Positions 26,659 through 38,545 of a stretch of DNA of 64,000 nt are shown piece after piece. The stretch comes from a bacterium (GTDB lineage Bacteria > Synergistota > GBS-1): the NCBI GenBank assembly GCA_030153785.1, contig JASKLF010000010.1:1-64000 (forward strand), read 5' to 3'. The position numbers and the translations under genes are program-made. Below the pieces are notes generated by a model. It was not told the DNA's origin. It saw only the letters and a program-made list of their open reading frames with translations, and ran no database searches. Each line of letters starts with the position of its first letter. Positions within the stretch are counted from its first letter, which is position 1.

Positions 26659-27492
26659 ATGAAAAAGTTTCTTTTGCTTTTGGGTGTTTTTATAGTTTCC
26701 TTCTCGGGAATAATGGTAAGAGTGAGCGAAAGCCAACCATCTGCTATAGCTTTTTATCGATGTATAATAGCTTCCTCACTATACCTTGTGGCCTTAAAGG
26801 GAAAGCTTAAAAGATTTGACACCAAAAAAGAAGCTCTACTCCTATCGGCGGGGATATTTTTGGCACTTCACTTTTATTTCTGGATAAGCTCTTTTGAACA
26901 CACAACCGTTGCGGGAGCGGTCATCCCTTTGATGGTTCAACCTTTCGTGACATCGATAATAGCCTTTCTAATATTTGGAGAGAGAGTAAATAAAAGGCAG
27001 GTTTTCGCCACTTTATTGGTCCTCGTGGGAATTACCACTATGATTTTTCTTGACGCCAAAACTTCTTTAAGGCTTTCCCTTGGGGACATACTTTCACTGG
27101 TGGGAACCCTTTTCCTCTGTGGATTCATAATAATCGGGAGATATATTATACCCAAAATTGGAACGCTAAATTTCAACACAAGGAGTTACATTATCGCAAG
27201 CCTTGTCTTATTAATAGCAAACCACCAAACGGTACTTCAGCCTTTTCCAATCAGAGAATGGCTCATTTTTCTGGGACTCGGAGGAGGATGCTCCTTCTTA
27301 GGTTATACCCTCATAAACAACTCTCTGAAGTTCTTCAAAGCGGGCATAATAGCGATGGCCTTGGTAGGGGAACCCGTATTAAGCATAATATGGTCGTGGA
27401 TATTATTAGAGGAACATATAACGATTCCTCAAGCTCTGGGGCTCTTCACATCTATCTTAGGTATGACAATGTTTTTTAGGTCTAAGTTTTAA
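26659..27492 (+). CDS. DMT/EamA family transporter
   Basis: About 10 TM helices in two repeats; LALHFYFWISS, GEPV. Confidence 0.85.
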   Translation: MKKFLLLLGVFIVSFSGIMVRVSESQPSAIAFYRCIIASSLYLVALKGKLKRFDTKKEALLLSAGIFLALHFYFWISSFEHTTVAGAVIPLMVQPFVTSIIAFLIFGERVNKRQVFATLLVLVGITTMIFLDAKTSLRLSLGDILSLVGTLFLCGFIIIGRYIIPKIGTLNFNTRSYIIASLVLLIANHQTVLQPFPIREWLIFLGLGGGCSFLGYTLINNSLKFFKAGIIAMALVGEPVLSIIWSWILLEEHITIPQALGLFTSILGMTMFFRSKF

Positions 27493-28065
27493 CCTCTCTA
27501 TCATGAGCTTCACTTTTTCCCTAAGCTCCTCTAAGTCACCATCGTTATAAATCACATAATGAGCCATTCTTTCTTTTTCCTCTACAGGAAGTTGATTTTT
27601 AATTCTATCCTTTATCTCCTCTTCCGTCCAGCCCCTGAATCTCCTCAATCGTTCAAAAACGGCTTCAGCAGGAGCAGATACTACTACAATGATATCTACT
27701 TCGTAAGTGCCGCCCGACTCCAAAAGTAGCGGAATCTCAGCGACGAGGTCTTCTCCACTCCTTCTGGCCTCGCTTATCTTGAACCTTATTATCTCCCTTA
27801 CAAAGGGATGAATTAGCGAATTCAAAAACTCTAATTTCTCTTTATTTTTAAAAACGATGTTCGCCAATACTTTTCTATTAACCTCTCCAGTCTCGTCGAA
27901 TATGCCTTCTCCAAAAACTTCCCTGAGCTTTGCCTTTATATTCTCACTTCTAAGAAGCTCATGAACCACCTCGTCAGCGCTGATTACACTTATACAATGC
28001 TCTTTTAGAATCTTTAATACCTCGCTCTTCCCACAACCGAGCCCACCAGTTAACCCAACTATCAT
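27457..28065 (-). CDS. coaE: Dephospho-CoA kinase
   Basis: GLTGGLGCGKS, ADEVVH, IHPFV, EIPLLLE. Confidence 0.93.
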   Translation of the reverse strand: MIVGLTGGLGCGKSEVLKILKEHCISVISADEVVHELLRSENIKAKLREVFGEGIFDETGEVNRKVLANIVFKNKEKLEFLNSLIHPFVREIIRFKISEARRSGEDLVAEIPLLLESGGTYEVDIIVVVSAPAEAVFERLRRFRGWTEEEIKDRIKNQLPVEEKERMAHYVIYNDGDLEELREKVKLMIERLKLRPKKHCHT

Positions 28066-29972
28066 ATATAATCCTCCACAACCACCCTGTAAAGGGGGTT
28101 AATTTCATCCACAAACATGGAAAGGGCATTAGAGAAGGTTGAACCATATATCCTCCTTCTTCTGGAAGCGGTCATATATAGCCTGTCCTTGGCTCTCGTC
28201 ATACCAACATAGCAAAGCCTTCTTTCCTCCTCAAGCTCGGCATGATTATTAAAGCTTCTATAAAGCGGGAAAAGCCCCTGTTCCATCCCTACCATAAAAA
28301 CCACCGGGAACTCCAACCCCTTTGAGGCATGAAGAGTAAGAAAGTTTACAGCGTCTTCGTCCTCCCTCCTTAAATCCTGGTCAGTATAAAGAGCCATCTT
28401 GTCAAGAAAGGCTTCAAGAGTAAGGTCTTTCTCCTCATCTTCCAAGCGAGATATGACCGTCAAAAGCTCCTCAAGATTTCTTATTCTATCTTCTCCCTCT
28501 TCTCCAAGAGAGCGAAGCATATCAAGATAACCGCTTTTTTCAAGAACCTCAGTAAAAAGCTCTTTTACAGACATACTGTAAACCTTTTCCCTTAGGCCAT
28601 CTATCAATTCGGCGAAGGAAAGCAAAGCGTCTGAGATTTTCCCTTTTGCAGGGAACGTTCTTACTCCCTCCCATATAGTTAGGTCATTGTTTAATATATA
28701 CTCCCGCAAGGAAAGTATCGTCCTTTTACCCACTCCCCTTGAGGGGGTTAATAAGGCCCTTTCAAGGCTCATTATATCCTTAGGCATGATAAGAATCCTC
28801 AAATAAGCAATGGCATCCTTTATCTCCTTTCTCTCATAAAACCGAATCCCATGCACAACCTTATAAGGCAAGCCGTGCTTAATGAAAACCTCCTCGTAAA
28901 ACCTAGATTGGGCGTTAGTTCTGTAAAGTAAGGCTATATCTTTATAAGCATATCCGCTCTTTCTAAGCGAAAATATCTCATCTACAATAAAAGCTCCTTC
29001 ATCAAAATCTGTTTGTCCCACATAAACCACTACCGGCTTTCCTCTCCCCCTTTCCGCTTTAAGCTTTTTAGGATACCTACTTTGGTTATTAGCTATTACA
29101 CTGTTCGCTGCTTCAAGAATAGACAAAGTTGAACGATAGTTCTGTTCAAGATACACTATCTTAGCATCCGGGAAATCTTCCTTAAAACTGAGTATTATAC
29201 CGGGGTCAGCTCCTCTCCAGCTGTGTATAGATTGGTCAGGGTCTCCAACGGCGGTCAACTTTCTCGTCCCAGAGGATATAATCTTCGCCAACAGAAATTG
29301 CGGTTTATTTATATCCTGATACTCATCTACAAGAACATACTTAAACCTGCTTGTATACTTTGACCTTATGTAACCGTCCATAAGAAGCCTCAGGGGCTCG
29401 ATAAGAAGGTCGTCAAAGTCAACAGCATGAAGGGCTTTTTTTCTTTTCTCGTATTCAAAATAGATATCAGCTAACACCTTATCCTTAGGGATATATGGAG
29501 TAAACTCTTCTGGAGAAACCATGGAGCTCTTAAGGTAGCTAATTTTAGACACACAATATTGAGGAGTGAGTCCATCAACCTTCGGGGAGACATCCTTCAT
29601 TATCTCCTTTATCAAAGCCTCTCTATCATCTTCATCCAATACCGAACCTTTAAACCCTTCCATTCTTAAAAGTCTCAAACCGAAAGAATGAAATGTAGAA
29701 AGTATCAAGCCCTCTACATCACCATTAAAAAGCTTTCTCACCCTTTCCTTCATCTCTAAAGCGGCCTTATTCGTAAAAGTAACAGCTAATATCTCTTCTG
29801 GATAGGCAATTCTCTCCGAAAGAAGATAGGCTATTTTATAGGTTATAACCCTTGTCTTACCACTACCGGCTCCCGCCAAAACTAAGAGAGGCCCTTCGGT
29901 GTAAAGAACAGCTTCCCTTTGTGATGGATTTAGATCATCAAGAAAGGTCGTATACCTCTGGCGCTCTATCAT
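28062..29972 (-). CDS. pcrA: UvrD/PcrA ATP-dependent DNA helicase
   Basis: LAGAGSGKT, TFTNKAA, VDEYQD, VGDPDQSI, LEQNYRS, TLHASKGLEF, EERRLCYVGMTRA. Confidence 0.92.
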   Translation of the reverse strand: MIERQRYTTFLDDLNPSQREAVLYTEGPLLVLAGAGSGKTRVITYKIAYLLSERIAYPEEILAVTFTNKAALEMKERVRKLFNGDVEGLILSTFHSFGLRLLRMEGFKGSVLDEDDREALIKEIMKDVSPKVDGLTPQYCVSKISYLKSSMVSPEEFTPYIPKDKVLADIYFEYEKRKKALHAVDFDDLLIEPLRLLMDGYIRSKYTSRFKYVLVDEYQDINKPQFLLAKIISSGTRKLTAVGDPDQSIHSWRGADPGIILSFKEDFPDAKIVYLEQNYRSTLSILEAANSVIANNQSRYPKKLKAERGRGKPVVVYVGQTDFDEGAFIVDEIFSLRKSGYAYKDIALLYRTNAQSRFYEEVFIKHGLPYKVVHGIRFYERKEIKDAIAYLRILIMPKDIMSLERALLTPSRGVGKRTILSLREYILNNDLTIWEGVRTFPAKGKISDALLSFAELIDGLREKVYSMSVKELFTEVLEKSGYLDMLRSLGEEGEDRIRNLEELLTVISRLEDEEKDLTLEAFLDKMALYTDQDLRREDEDAVNFLTLHASKGLEFPVVFMVGMEQGLFPLYRSFNNHAELEEERRLCYVGMTRAKDRLYMTASRRRRIYGSTFSNALSMFVDEINPLYRVVVEDYI

Positions 29973-30726
29973 TGAACACGGGAATAAGACTCCTTACCTC
30001 CTTTACCTTCTCCAAATCTATTTCCGCCAAAATGGCTGTCTCCATATCGCATCCACCAGCTATTAAATCTCCCCAAGGGTCGAACACAAAAGAACCACCG
30101 CTAAAGAGCAGGTCTCCCTCTTTACCGCATCTGTTAACTCCAACTACATAACATTCGTTCTCAACCGCCCTTGCCTGGAGAAGTAGCTTCCAATGAACCA
30201 ATCGGGCTGCTGGCCACTGCGCAGGAACAAAGATAACTTCAGCCCCTTTTAAGGCTAAGGTCCGAGCAAGCTCTGGAAATCTCAGGTCATAGCAAATCAT
30301 CAAACCACATTTTATACCATCAAGCTCAAATAAACAAATCTCGTTTCCCCGAGCAAAAGTCCTGTCCTCACCCATTAATCCAAAAAGGTGAACTTTACGA
30401 TAAATTCCCAGAAGTTTTCCTTCTCTATTGAATACAAAAGAGGTATTGTATATGTTACCCTTTTCAAAAAAGGGAATGCTCCCACCCACTACATTTACAT
30501 TATACTGAACAGCGATATCCATTAAAAACTTCAACGTCTTCGGGTTCTCGATAGGAGCTAAATCTTTCAGGTTCTTTATATCATAGCTTGTATCCCACAT
30601 CTCAGGAAGAACAATCACATCAGGATTTTTGCCCTTGATCCTTTCAAGTAACGCTCTAACTTTATTCCTGTTTGCCTCAGGGTCCCCCAATTTAACATCG
30701 AATTGAAACAAAGCAACCCGCAACAC
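29938..30726 (-). CDS. Carbon-nitrogen hydrolase (nitrilase/omega-amidase family)
   Basis: LPEMW, YRKVHLF, ICYDLRFPE triad, ARAVEN. Confidence 0.9.
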   Translation of the reverse strand: MLRVALFQFDVKLGDPEANRNKVRALLERIKGKNPDVIVLPEMWDTSYDIKNLKDLAPIENPKTLKFLMDIAVQYNVNVVGGSIPFFEKGNIYNTSFVFNREGKLLGIYRKVHLFGLMGEDRTFARGNEICLFELDGIKCGLMICYDLRFPELARTLALKGAEVIFVPAQWPAARLVHWKLLLQARAVENECYVVGVNRCGKEGDLLFSGGSFVFDPWGDLIAGGCDMETAILAEIDLEKVKEVRSLIPVFNDRAPEVYDLS

Positions 30727-30876
30727 ATTTGTCACCTCCCCCTTAACCATGTTCAAGGTTATTATAACATCTATATTAATGAAATGCAGTACTCGTGAAC
30801 CTCTAAAACAAATTAACTTAATAAAGAAGTGAATTTAACACAAGTGATATTTTTTGTAATATTTTTAAACTTTATA

Positions 30877-30905
30877 TAGACACTTTTAATAGGCTATGGT
30901 ATAAT
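30877..30905 (+). promoter_or_regulatory. Promoter of the sensor kinase
   Basis: TAGACA-N17-TATAAT with TGn extension, 10 nt before the GTG. Confidence 0.6.
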
Positions 30906-30915
30906 TTAGCCTGTC

Positions 30916-32394
30916 GTGTGGAAAAGGGTTAAAGCTGGGATCGGAACAAGGATTACAATACTAACTATCATAATCGTCGTCGTTTTCGCCCTTTCAGGCG
31001 TTCTGGAGATGAAGCTCCTTGAGAAAGGGAGAGAGACGATCGACTTCCTTTCCGCAGAAAGATTTACCCTTAATCACTTAAGGTTCCTTTCAAACTCTCT
31101 TGATGAGCTTCAGCGAGACTTTGAGATAGTTGCCTCCATAGGACAAGGGTGGATTCCCATCGCCGAAGAAAGAATTAACCTTATAAAGGAGTCTCTTGAG
31201 AGCTTAAGAAATACTAAACATGTTAAAGCGAGGATTTTCGAATCCTTCTCAGAGTTAAGAAAAAATTTTTCCGAATTTAAAAAATCCTCTAACTTCAAAA
31301 AACTCGAAGAGTGCGTAAAACTTGCAGGATACGCTTCGATGCTTCTCAAACAGACAGCAAGGGAAGTCGAGTTTGAAATCACCACAGCAGAAATAAATCT
31401 TAAAAACCTATTACAAGATTCTCAAAGAAAAGGATGGACGCTATACCTTACAGGTTTACCCGTGATTATAATTTTCGCTTATTTAATAATAAAGGAGAAC
31501 AAAAGAACCAATCTATCCCTTATAAACTATCTTAAAGAAATCGCCATCCAAGTTAGAAAAGGCGTTTTCCCCATTAGCACGCATCCCCTCATTCTAAAGC
31601 TACCAGAAGGGGAAACCCTCGCAAGCTACATTAATGAACTAATTGAACGCATAAACGAAAGTATGAGAAAGATGAAAGAGCTAAGCGAAGCGAAAACATC
31701 CTTTTTATCAATAGCCTCACACGAACTTAAGACGCCCCTCACTTCAATTTTGGGGTTTTCAGAAGTCCTCTTAGACAGGGAAAACCTTACGTGGGAAGAA
31801 AGAAAATACCTAAACATAATAAAAGAAGAAGCCCAAAGACTGTCTAACATAGTAGAGAGAATGCTTGCCTACATAAGGCTAAACTCCAGAGTCGATATAA
31901 AACCGATAGACATTAGATATGTGATAAACGCCACAAAAGAGGGCCTTGAAAATGAAGCGAAAAGAAAAGGGATTAAATTGAAAGTAGAAATACCAGATAA
32001 GGAGGTCAAGGTCGAAACAGATAGAGAAAGATTGGAAATCGCGCTTAGGGAAATCTTGGATAACGCCATTAAGTTTACGGAAGTAGGAGAAATAAAGGTA
32101 TCCCTTAAAGAATCAAAGGATCGGATTTTAATCGAGATAGAGGATAGTGGTCCAGGAATAGATGAAAAAAAGAAGGAAAGCATTGTTGAGCTTTTCACGC
32201 AAGGAGAAGGCTTCATTAATAGAAAGCATGAAGGCTTAGGATTAGGCCTACCTTTAGCTATCAAAGCTTTAAATGGAATAGGAACGCTCTCTTTTGAAAG
32301 CACGGGAAAGGGAAGCAAATTTTATATTAAGATTTTCAAGGATATTGAAAATTCCCAGAAATACGATATGATAAAAGATGATGATTCACTTTAG
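30916..32394 (+). CDS. Membrane sensor histidine kinase
   Basis: Two TM helices, SHELKTPLT H-box, LDNAIKFT, DSGPGI, GLGLGL. Confidence 0.92.
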   Translation: MWKRVKAGIGTRITILTIIIVVVFALSGVLEMKLLEKGRETIDFLSAERFTLNHLRFLSNSLDELQRDFEIVASIGQGWIPIAEERINLIKESLESLRNTKHVKARIFESFSELRKNFSEFKKSSNFKKLEECVKLAGYASMLLKQTAREVEFEITTAEINLKNLLQDSQRKGWTLYLTGLPVIIIFAYLIIKENKRTNLSLINYLKEIAIQVRKGVFPISTHPLILKLPEGETLASYINELIERINESMRKMKELSEAKTSFLSIASHELKTPLTSILGFSEVLLDRENLTWEERKYLNIIKEEAQRLSNIVERMLAYIRLNSRVDIKPIDIRYVINATKEGLENEAKRKGIKLKVEIPDKEVKVETDRERLEIALREILDNAIKFTEVGEIKVSLKESKDRILIEIEDSGPGIDEKKKESIVELFTQGEGFINRKHEGLGLGLPLAIKALNGIGTLSFESTGKGSKFYIKIFKDIENSQKYDMIKDDDSL

Positions 32395-32424
32395 AAGGAG
32401 AAAGTTGTAAACATCCCTCAGGAG

Positions 32425-33627
32425 GTGGAAGACTTGGTGAGTTTAGCAAAAAAGCTTGCCTCCATTGAACCTTCTGCAACATTAGCCATAACTGCGTTGG
32501 CTGGGAAGATGAAAAGGGAAGGAAAGGATGTTATAAGTCTTTCGGCGGGAGAACCCGATTTTCCAACCCCACGTAACATAAAAGATGAAGCTATAAGAGC
32601 AATTGAGGAAGACTTCACTCACTACACCCCCGCAGCTGGCATACCGGAACTTAAGGAAGCTATTGCTGAAAACTTTGAAAAAGCTTGGGGAGTAAAGTAT
32701 GACCCTAAGGAGGTTATTATATCGAACGGAGCGAAACATGTCATATTCAACGCAATCTTTGCTCTATGCGACGAAGGTGACGAAGTAATAGTAATAACTC
32801 CTGCATGGGTTAGCTATATAGACCAAATAAAACTCGCAGGTGGAAAACCGGTCATAGTGGAAACAAAAGAGGAAAACGATTTTATACCTGATCCCAAGGA
32901 TATTGAGAAGAAAATAACAAATAGGACGAAAGCGATAATAATAAACAGTCCGCACAATCCCACAGGAACTGTTTATCCCAAAGAAGTTTTGATAGAAATA
33001 GCAAGGCTATCCATGTCAAGAGGGGTATTGATAATAAGCGACGAAGTATATGATAAACTCTCTTATGAAGAAGAAAGCGTTCCATTAGTTCACCTTATAC
33101 CCGAAGCTAAAGACCATATTCTCACTGTAAACGCTGCTTCAAAAACATATGCTATGACGGGATGGAGAATTGGATGGGGATTGGGACCGGAAAACTTAAT
33201 TAAAGCTATGGGGGTAATTCAGGGGCACATGACTTCAAATCCGTGTTCTATCTCTCAAAGGGCAGCCTTGGAAGCTATAAGAGGACCCCAAGAAAAGGTG
33301 AGCGAAATGATAAGGGAATTTAAGGAACGTCGAAATCTCATCTGTTCTCTTCTTGAAAAAACGCCATACATAAGCTTTAAGAAACCTAAAGGAGCATTTT
33401 ATCTCTTCGTAAACGTCCAAAAGGCATTAGGCATGAAATATAGAGACGAAATAATAGATGATGACATATCCTTTACAAGGAAACTGCTTGAGGAAAAATT
33501 TGTAGCTTTAGTCCCGGGAACAGCCTTTGCTGCCCCCGGATATATCAGAATTTCCTACGCGGCTTCAAGAAGAGACATAGAAGAGGCTTGCAAGAGGATA
33601 AAAGAATTTGTAGAAAACTTAGTCTAA
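32425..33627 (+). CDS. Class I/II PLP-dependent (aspartate-type) aminotransferase
   Basis: [35 protein letters not shown]. Confidence 0.9.
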   Translation: MEDLVSLAKKLASIEPSATLAITALAGKMKREGKDVISLSAGEPDFPTPRNIKDEAIRAIEEDFTHYTPAAGIPELKEAIAENFEKAWGVKYDPKEVIISNGAKHVIFNAIFALCDEGDEVIVITPAWVSYIDQIKLAGGKPVIVETKEENDFIPDPKDIEKKITNRTKAIIINSPHNPTGTVYPKEVLIEIARLSMSRGVLIISDEVYDKLSYEEESVPLVHLIPEAKDHILTVNAASKTYAMTGWRIGWGLGPENLIKAMGVIQGHMTSNPCSISQRAALEAIRGPQEKVSEMIREFKERRNLICSLLEKTPYISFKKPKGAFYLFVNVQKALGMKYRDEIIDDDISFTRKLLEEKFVALVPGTAFAAPGYIRISYAASRRDIEEACKRIKEFVENLV

Positions 33628-34737
33628 GAAATCTTTTAGTCTCTTACTACGTGTAGGATGTCTTAACTTCCTTAAAGCCTTGGCTTCTATCTGCCTTATT
33701 CTTTCTCTTGTAACTCCGAAGCGCTTCCCTACCTCTTCTAAAGTGGAAGGTTTTCCATCTTCAAGACCAAATCGGAGCTTCAATACCTCCCTTTCTCTCT
33801 TGGAAAGGGTGTTTAATATGCTTTCAAGCTGTTCCTTCAAGAGCTGTTTTGCAGCAGCTTCAGAAGGAGAGGGAATGTTTTTCTCTTCAACAAAATCACC
33901 AAGATGGCTATCCTCTTCTTCCCCTATCGGAGTTTCTAACGATATAGGTTCTTGAGCAATTTTAAGTATTTCTTCTATCTTCTCCGGCGGCATATCCATA
34001 GCCTCAGCTATCTCCTCTATTGTAGGTTCTCTACCAAGCTCTTGCACAAGCTGCCTTGAAATCCTCGTAAGCTTATTTATCGTTTCCACCATGTGAACAG
34101 GAATTCTGATGGTTCTTGCCTGATCCGCTATAGCCCTGGTTATAGCTTGCCTAATCCACCATGTAGCATAGGTGCTAAACTTATAACCTTTCCTCCAATC
34201 AAATTTCTCTACAGCCCTTATCAAACCCAAATTGCCTTCCTGTATAAGGTCCAAAAAGAGCAATCCCCTACCGATATACTTTTTAGCAATGCTCACAACA
34301 AGCCTCAAGTTGGACTCTATCAGCTTTTTCTTAGCTTCCATATCCCCTTGCTCCATTCTCTTCGCGAGCTCCACTTCCTCCTCCGCCGTCAAAAGGGGTA
34401 TCTTTCCAATCTCCTTGAGATACATTCTAACCGGGTCGTCTAAAGCCACCTCTTCTCCTATTTCCAAGTCTAGATCTTCTGCCTCTCCTATTCCTTCCTC
34501 CTCGCCCCTCTTTTCTGAAGCTCCCTTAACCTTTTCATAGGTCTCTGGTGAGTCAACAACATCTATACCCATCTCCATCAGGTTGACATAGATATCATCT
34601 AAGTCGTTAGGAGAAATAGTATTTTTACCTAAAAGCTCATCTATATCATCATAGGTAACATAGCCTCTATCCTTACCTTCTTCTAAAAGGGCCTTAACTA
34701 TATCAATTTTCTTAGAAAGATCGTTTCCCATTACCAA
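33619..34737 (-). CDS. rpoD: Primary RNA polymerase sigma factor
   Basis: [48 protein letters not shown]. Confidence 0.98.
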   Translation of the reverse strand: MVMGNDLSKKIDIVKALLEEGKDRGYVTYDDIDELLGKNTISPNDLDDIYVNLMEMGIDVVDSPETYEKVKGASEKRGEEEGIGEAEDLDLEIGEEVALDDPVRMYLKEIGKIPLLTAEEEVELAKRMEQGDMEAKKKLIESNLRLVVSIAKKYIGRGLLFLDLIQEGNLGLIRAVEKFDWRKGYKFSTYATWWIRQAITRAIADQARTIRIPVHMVETINKLTRISRQLVQELGREPTIEEIAEAMDMPPEKIEEILKIAQEPISLETPIGEEEDSHLGDFVEEKNIPSPSEAAAKQLLKEQLESILNTLSKREREVLKLRFGLEDGKPSTLEEVGKRFGVTRERIRQIEAKALRKLRHPTRSKRLKDFLD

Positions 34738-36475
34738 AACACCTCCCCCTTCGGAACTCCTTCAAAAGATTCAAATACTCGTTATATAAGGACGGAGGAA
34801 GTGAACCATTCCTTTTTAGCATCTCTTCAAGTTCATCGATCCTTCTTTTAATCTTGCGAGATAACAACGTTTTCAACAGCTCCTCAAAGTAAAGCCCTAC
34901 TTTTTCCTCTTCACAGGGAAGTTCTCTTAAAATCAAGTAAGATACTGTGCTACTTTGTTCTCCACCCCTCTCTTCAGCTTCCTCCATTATTCTATATTCG
35001 CTATACCCTTCCAAAATCCTCTCTACCACCCACCTTATTTTTTCATCTTCAAACAGCTCCAACCCGCCATATCCTATAAGCTTATCTTTGAGCTCAGGAT
35101 AGTTAGTTAAAACCAGGACTGCATCCTCCTCAGCCCTTTGGAACCCATCTTTTGAGGGTAATCGTGGAAGCGAAACCCCCTTTCTCCCTCTTCTAAGTCT
35201 GGATCGCAGGGCTTTTTCTACAACGCTTTCTGATACACCCAGCCTTTCTGAAAGCTTAGGTAGAACGAGAAGCCTGTCAACCTCAGAAAGTTCCATCAGA
35301 AAGTCTACTCCCCTTTTAAGAACCTCTCTCTTACTATCCATGCTTGACGGTTCATAATCCCTAAATATAATGTCTAACCTGAAATCCCAAAAACTACGCG
35401 CATTCTCAATAAGAGAGTTAAAGGCCTCGCTTCCATATTTGGCAACAAAATCATCAGGATCCATACCTTTTGGCATATCTAAAACCTTAACCTTAAGTCC
35501 CTTACTAACGAGAAGGGAAATTCCCCTTACAGTAGCAGACTCACCGGCAGCATCTGCATCATAAGCTATAAACACGTTACTAACATGGCGAGCTATCAAG
35601 TTGGCCTGAGCTTCAGTAAGAGAAGTGCCCAAGGAAGCCACAGCAAAGCGAATACCTGCCTGATACAATCTAATCATATCCATGTAGCCTTCAACCAGTA
35701 TTAAACTATCGAATTCTTTAGCGAAAGGTAAAGCTTTATCAATACCAAAGAGCATCCTCTTTTTACTGAAAACGATGGTTTCAGGAGAGTTTAAATACTT
35801 AGGCTCCTCATTTTGAAGGCTTCTTCCTCCAAAACCAAGAACCCTTCCCCGCTCATCACATATAGGAAAGATTATCCTTCCTCTAAATTTATCGTAACAA
35901 CGACCACCGAAGGAGATAGTTACAAGTCCAGCACGGGAAAGTTCCTCTGGATAAAATCCTTTGCTAATCATAAAGTTGGTGAGAGCCTCCCCAGAGGAAG
36001 GGGAATACCCAATTCTAAAAGTCTTGATTGTAGAAAGTTCTAATCCCCTTTTCTTAAGGTAAGACAAGGCCTCGCTTCCCTCATCACTCCAGAGCTTGGA
36101 CTCAAAAAAGTTAGTTGCTATTTCATTCAGCTTATAAAGCTTTTCCCTTTCGCGAGCCTCACGAGTTAAGCTTGAAGGGTCAAGGTCTCTCAAGGAAATA
36201 CCGGCTCTCTCAGCTAACCTCAAAACTGCATCGTGAAAGGAGGTTCTTTCAATCCTCATTATGAAACCTATAACATCACCGCCAGCACCACAACCAAAGC
36301 AGTGAAAGATCTGTTTTTCAGGGCTAACGACGAAGGAAGGGGTTTTCTCTGAGTGAAATGGACACAATGCCTTATAGTTCTTACCAGCCCTTTTCAAGGT
36401 AAGATACTCCGAGACTATATCAACTATATCGTTCCTTCTCCTAACCTCATCAATTAGACCTTCCGGAAACTTCAA
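34712..36475 (-). CDS. dnaG: DNA primase
   Basis: [11 protein letters not shown] zinc finger, [28 protein letters not shown] start at 36475 after GGAGG. Confidence 0.96.
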   Translation of the reverse strand: MKFPEGLIDEVRRRNDIVDIVSEYLTLKRAGKNYKALCPFHSEKTPSFVVSPEKQIFHCFGCGAGGDVIGFIMRIERTSFHDAVLRLAERAGISLRDLDPSSLTREAREREKLYKLNEIATNFFESKLWSDEGSEALSYLKKRGLELSTIKTFRIGYSPSSGEALTNFMISKGFYPEELSRAGLVTISFGGRCYDKFRGRIIFPICDERGRVLGFGGRSLQNEEPKYLNSPETIVFSKKRMLFGIDKALPFAKEFDSLILVEGYMDMIRLYQAGIRFAVASLGTSLTEAQANLIARHVSNVFIAYDADAAGESATVRGISLLVSKGLKVKVLDMPKGMDPDDFVAKYGSEAFNSLIENARSFWDFRLDIIFRDYEPSSMDSKREVLKRGVDFLMELSEVDRLLVLPKLSERLGVSESVVEKALRSRLRRGRKGVSLPRLPSKDGFQRAEEDAVLVLTNYPELKDKLIGYGGLELFEDEKIRWVVERILEGYSEYRIMEEAEERGGEQSSTVSYLILRELPCEEEKVGLYFEELLKTLLSRKIKRRIDELEEMLKRNGSLPPSLYNEYLNLLKEFRRGRCFGNGKRSF

Positions 36476-36498
36476 TACCAGCAACCTCCCAAAGACAA

Positions 36499-36537
36499 TT
36501 ATAGGGGACTTCAACCTTAGGTTGAAGTCCCCTATAA
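36499..36537. repeat. 39-bp near-perfect palindrome between hppA and dnaG
   Basis: TTATAGGGGACTTCAACCT-T-AGGTTGAAGTCCCCTATAA. Confidence 0.85.
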
Positions 36538-36562
36538 GAGCAGGTATAGTTCAAAAGTTTAT

Positions 36563-38515
36563 CTAAAATAGGCTTGCAAAGACCAAGGCTATTATGGACA
36601 TAAGCTTTATCAATATATTTAAAGAAGGACCTGCTGTGTCTTTGAACGGATCCCCTACCGTATCTCCAACCACAGCGGCCGCATGAGTAGGAGTCCCTTT
36701 GCCTCCATAGTGTCCCTCCTCTATGTATTTCTTAGCGTTATCCCAAGCTCCACCAGCATTGGCCATAAATAGAGCAAGCAATACTCCTGTAACTATGGAA
36801 CCTGCCAAAAGACCGCCCAACGCCTCTTTACCAAGGAAAAATCCTACAAGCAAAGGAGAAACTATGGCGAGTAGACCCGGCAATACCATTTGCTTTAAAG
36901 CCCCCGTCGTGCTTATATCTATACACCTATTGTAATCAGGTTTCGCTTTACCTTCAAGAAGACCTGGAATCTCTTTAAATTGACGGCGAACCTCCTCAAC
37001 CATGAAATAGGCAGCCCTACCGACAGCCTCTATAGCAAAGGAACAGAAAAGGAACGGAAGCATTCCTCCTATAAAGGTTCCAACGATAACCTTAGGAGAT
37101 ACAAGGGATATAACCTTGAGATTGACAGCAGTAGTATAAGCTGAAAAAAGAGCAAGCGCCGTTAAAGCAGCAGAACCAATGGCAAGCCCTTTTCCAATAG
37201 CAGCGGTAGTATTTCCAACCGCATCCAACCTATCGGTTATCTTCCTTACTTCAGGTGGAAGACCAGCCATCTCAGCTATACCACCAGCGTTATCAGCTAT
37301 GGGACCATAAGCATCCACCGAAAGGTTCATCCCTGTTAAAGCGAGCATTCCTACCGCTGAAACTGCTATTCCATACAATCCTCCAAAATAATAGGAAACA
37401 AGAATTGCTCCCGATAAAACCAAAACAGGCAACGCCGTACTTTTCATTCCAACAGCAACTCCCATCAAAATATCCGTAGCCGCTCCCGTTTGAGCAGATT
37501 CGGCGATCTTTTTAACAGGATTGTACAGGGAAGAAGTATAATACTCTGTTAAAAGCCCTATAGAAATACCAGCTATGTCACCAGCTACAACAGCCCAGAA
37601 CAAACGCAAATTTCCAAATAGAAACTTAGTTATGAAGAAGCTTGCAACTATTATAAGAATTCCTGTCACATAGGTTCCCCTTCTTAGAGCAAGCTGGGGG
37701 TCTTCGTCTTTCCTAATCCTAACAAAGAAGGTCCCTATTATAGCTGCCAAGATACCTACAGCAGCAAGTATCAAGGGATAAGCTACGCCTTTAAGCCCAT
37801 AAACCACAGCTCCCACTATCATAGCCGCTATTATAGAGTTAACATAAGATTCAAAAAGGTCAGCTCCCATACCCGCTATGTCTCCAACATTGTCTCCCAC
37901 GTTATCAGCGATAACAGCAGGATTTCTTGGGTCATCTTCAGGAATACCAGCCTCAACCTTACCAACAAGGTCCGCACCTACATCAGCAGCTTTGGTATAT
38001 ATCCCTCCACCCACACGAGCAAAAAGGGCTATAGAGCTAGCCCCAAAACCAAAACCATTAATTATATTAGGATCACCAAATATTGAATAAAGAACCGCAA
38101 CACCCAAAATACCGAGACCCACAACCGACATACCCATAACGGTTCCACCCAAAAAGGCAATCCTTAAAGCGGGAGCAACCCCTTGGGTTGCAGCATAAGC
38201 CGTTTTTCCGTTAGTTCTCGTAGCTATACTCATACCTACATATCCTGCTAAGGCAGAACAAAAAGCACCGGAAATAAAAGATATAGCGGTGTTTAAACTT
38301 ATCTTCCAAGCTAAAACCGCTGTAACAACCAAAACGAACGGAATCAGCACTTTGTACTCTCTAAAAAGGAATGTCATAGCTCCTCCATGAATGATGCCAG
38401 ATATCTCCCGAACCTTTTCAGGACCCGAATCAGCAATCCCCACCCTCTTAGCGGCATATGCCGCAAAAACAAGAGCCAAAATCCCAGAAGCAATGGAGAA
38501 AACTAAAACTCCCAT
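36563..38515 (-). CDS. hppA: Membrane-bound Na+/H+-translocating pyrophosphatase (K+-dependent type)
   Basis: [28 protein letters not shown] (Ala at the K+-dependence site), [10 protein letters not shown]. Confidence 0.95.
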   Translation of the reverse strand: MGVLVFSIASGILALVFAAYAAKRVGIADSGPEKVREISGIIHGGAMTFLFREYKVLIPFVLVVTAVLAWKISLNTAISFISGAFCSALAGYVGMSIATRTNGKTAYAATQGVAPALRIAFLGGTVMGMSVVGLGILGVAVLYSIFGDPNIINGFGFGASSIALFARVGGGIYTKAADVGADLVGKVEAGIPEDDPRNPAVIADNVGDNVGDIAGMGADLFESYVNSIIAAMIVGAVVYGLKGVAYPLILAAVGILAAIIGTFFVRIRKDEDPQLALRRGTYVTGILIIVASFFITKFLFGNLRLFWAVVAGDIAGISIGLLTEYYTSSLYNPVKKIAESAQTGAATDILMGVAVGMKSTALPVLVLSGAILVSYYFGGLYGIAVSAVGMLALTGMNLSVDAYGPIADNAGGIAEMAGLPPEVRKITDRLDAVGNTTAAIGKGLAIGSAALTALALFSAYTTAVNLKVISLVSPKVIVGTFIGGMLPFLFCSFAIEAVGRAAYFMVEEVRRQFKEIPGLLEGKAKPDYNRCIDISTTGALKQMVLPGLLAIVSPLLVGFFLGKEALGGLLAGSIVTGVLLALFMANAGGAWDNAKKYIEEGHYGGKGTPTHAAAVVGDTVGDPFKDTAGPSLNILIKLMSIIALVFASLF

Positions 38516-38545
38516 GTTCAGGTAGCACCTCCTATATTTAATATT

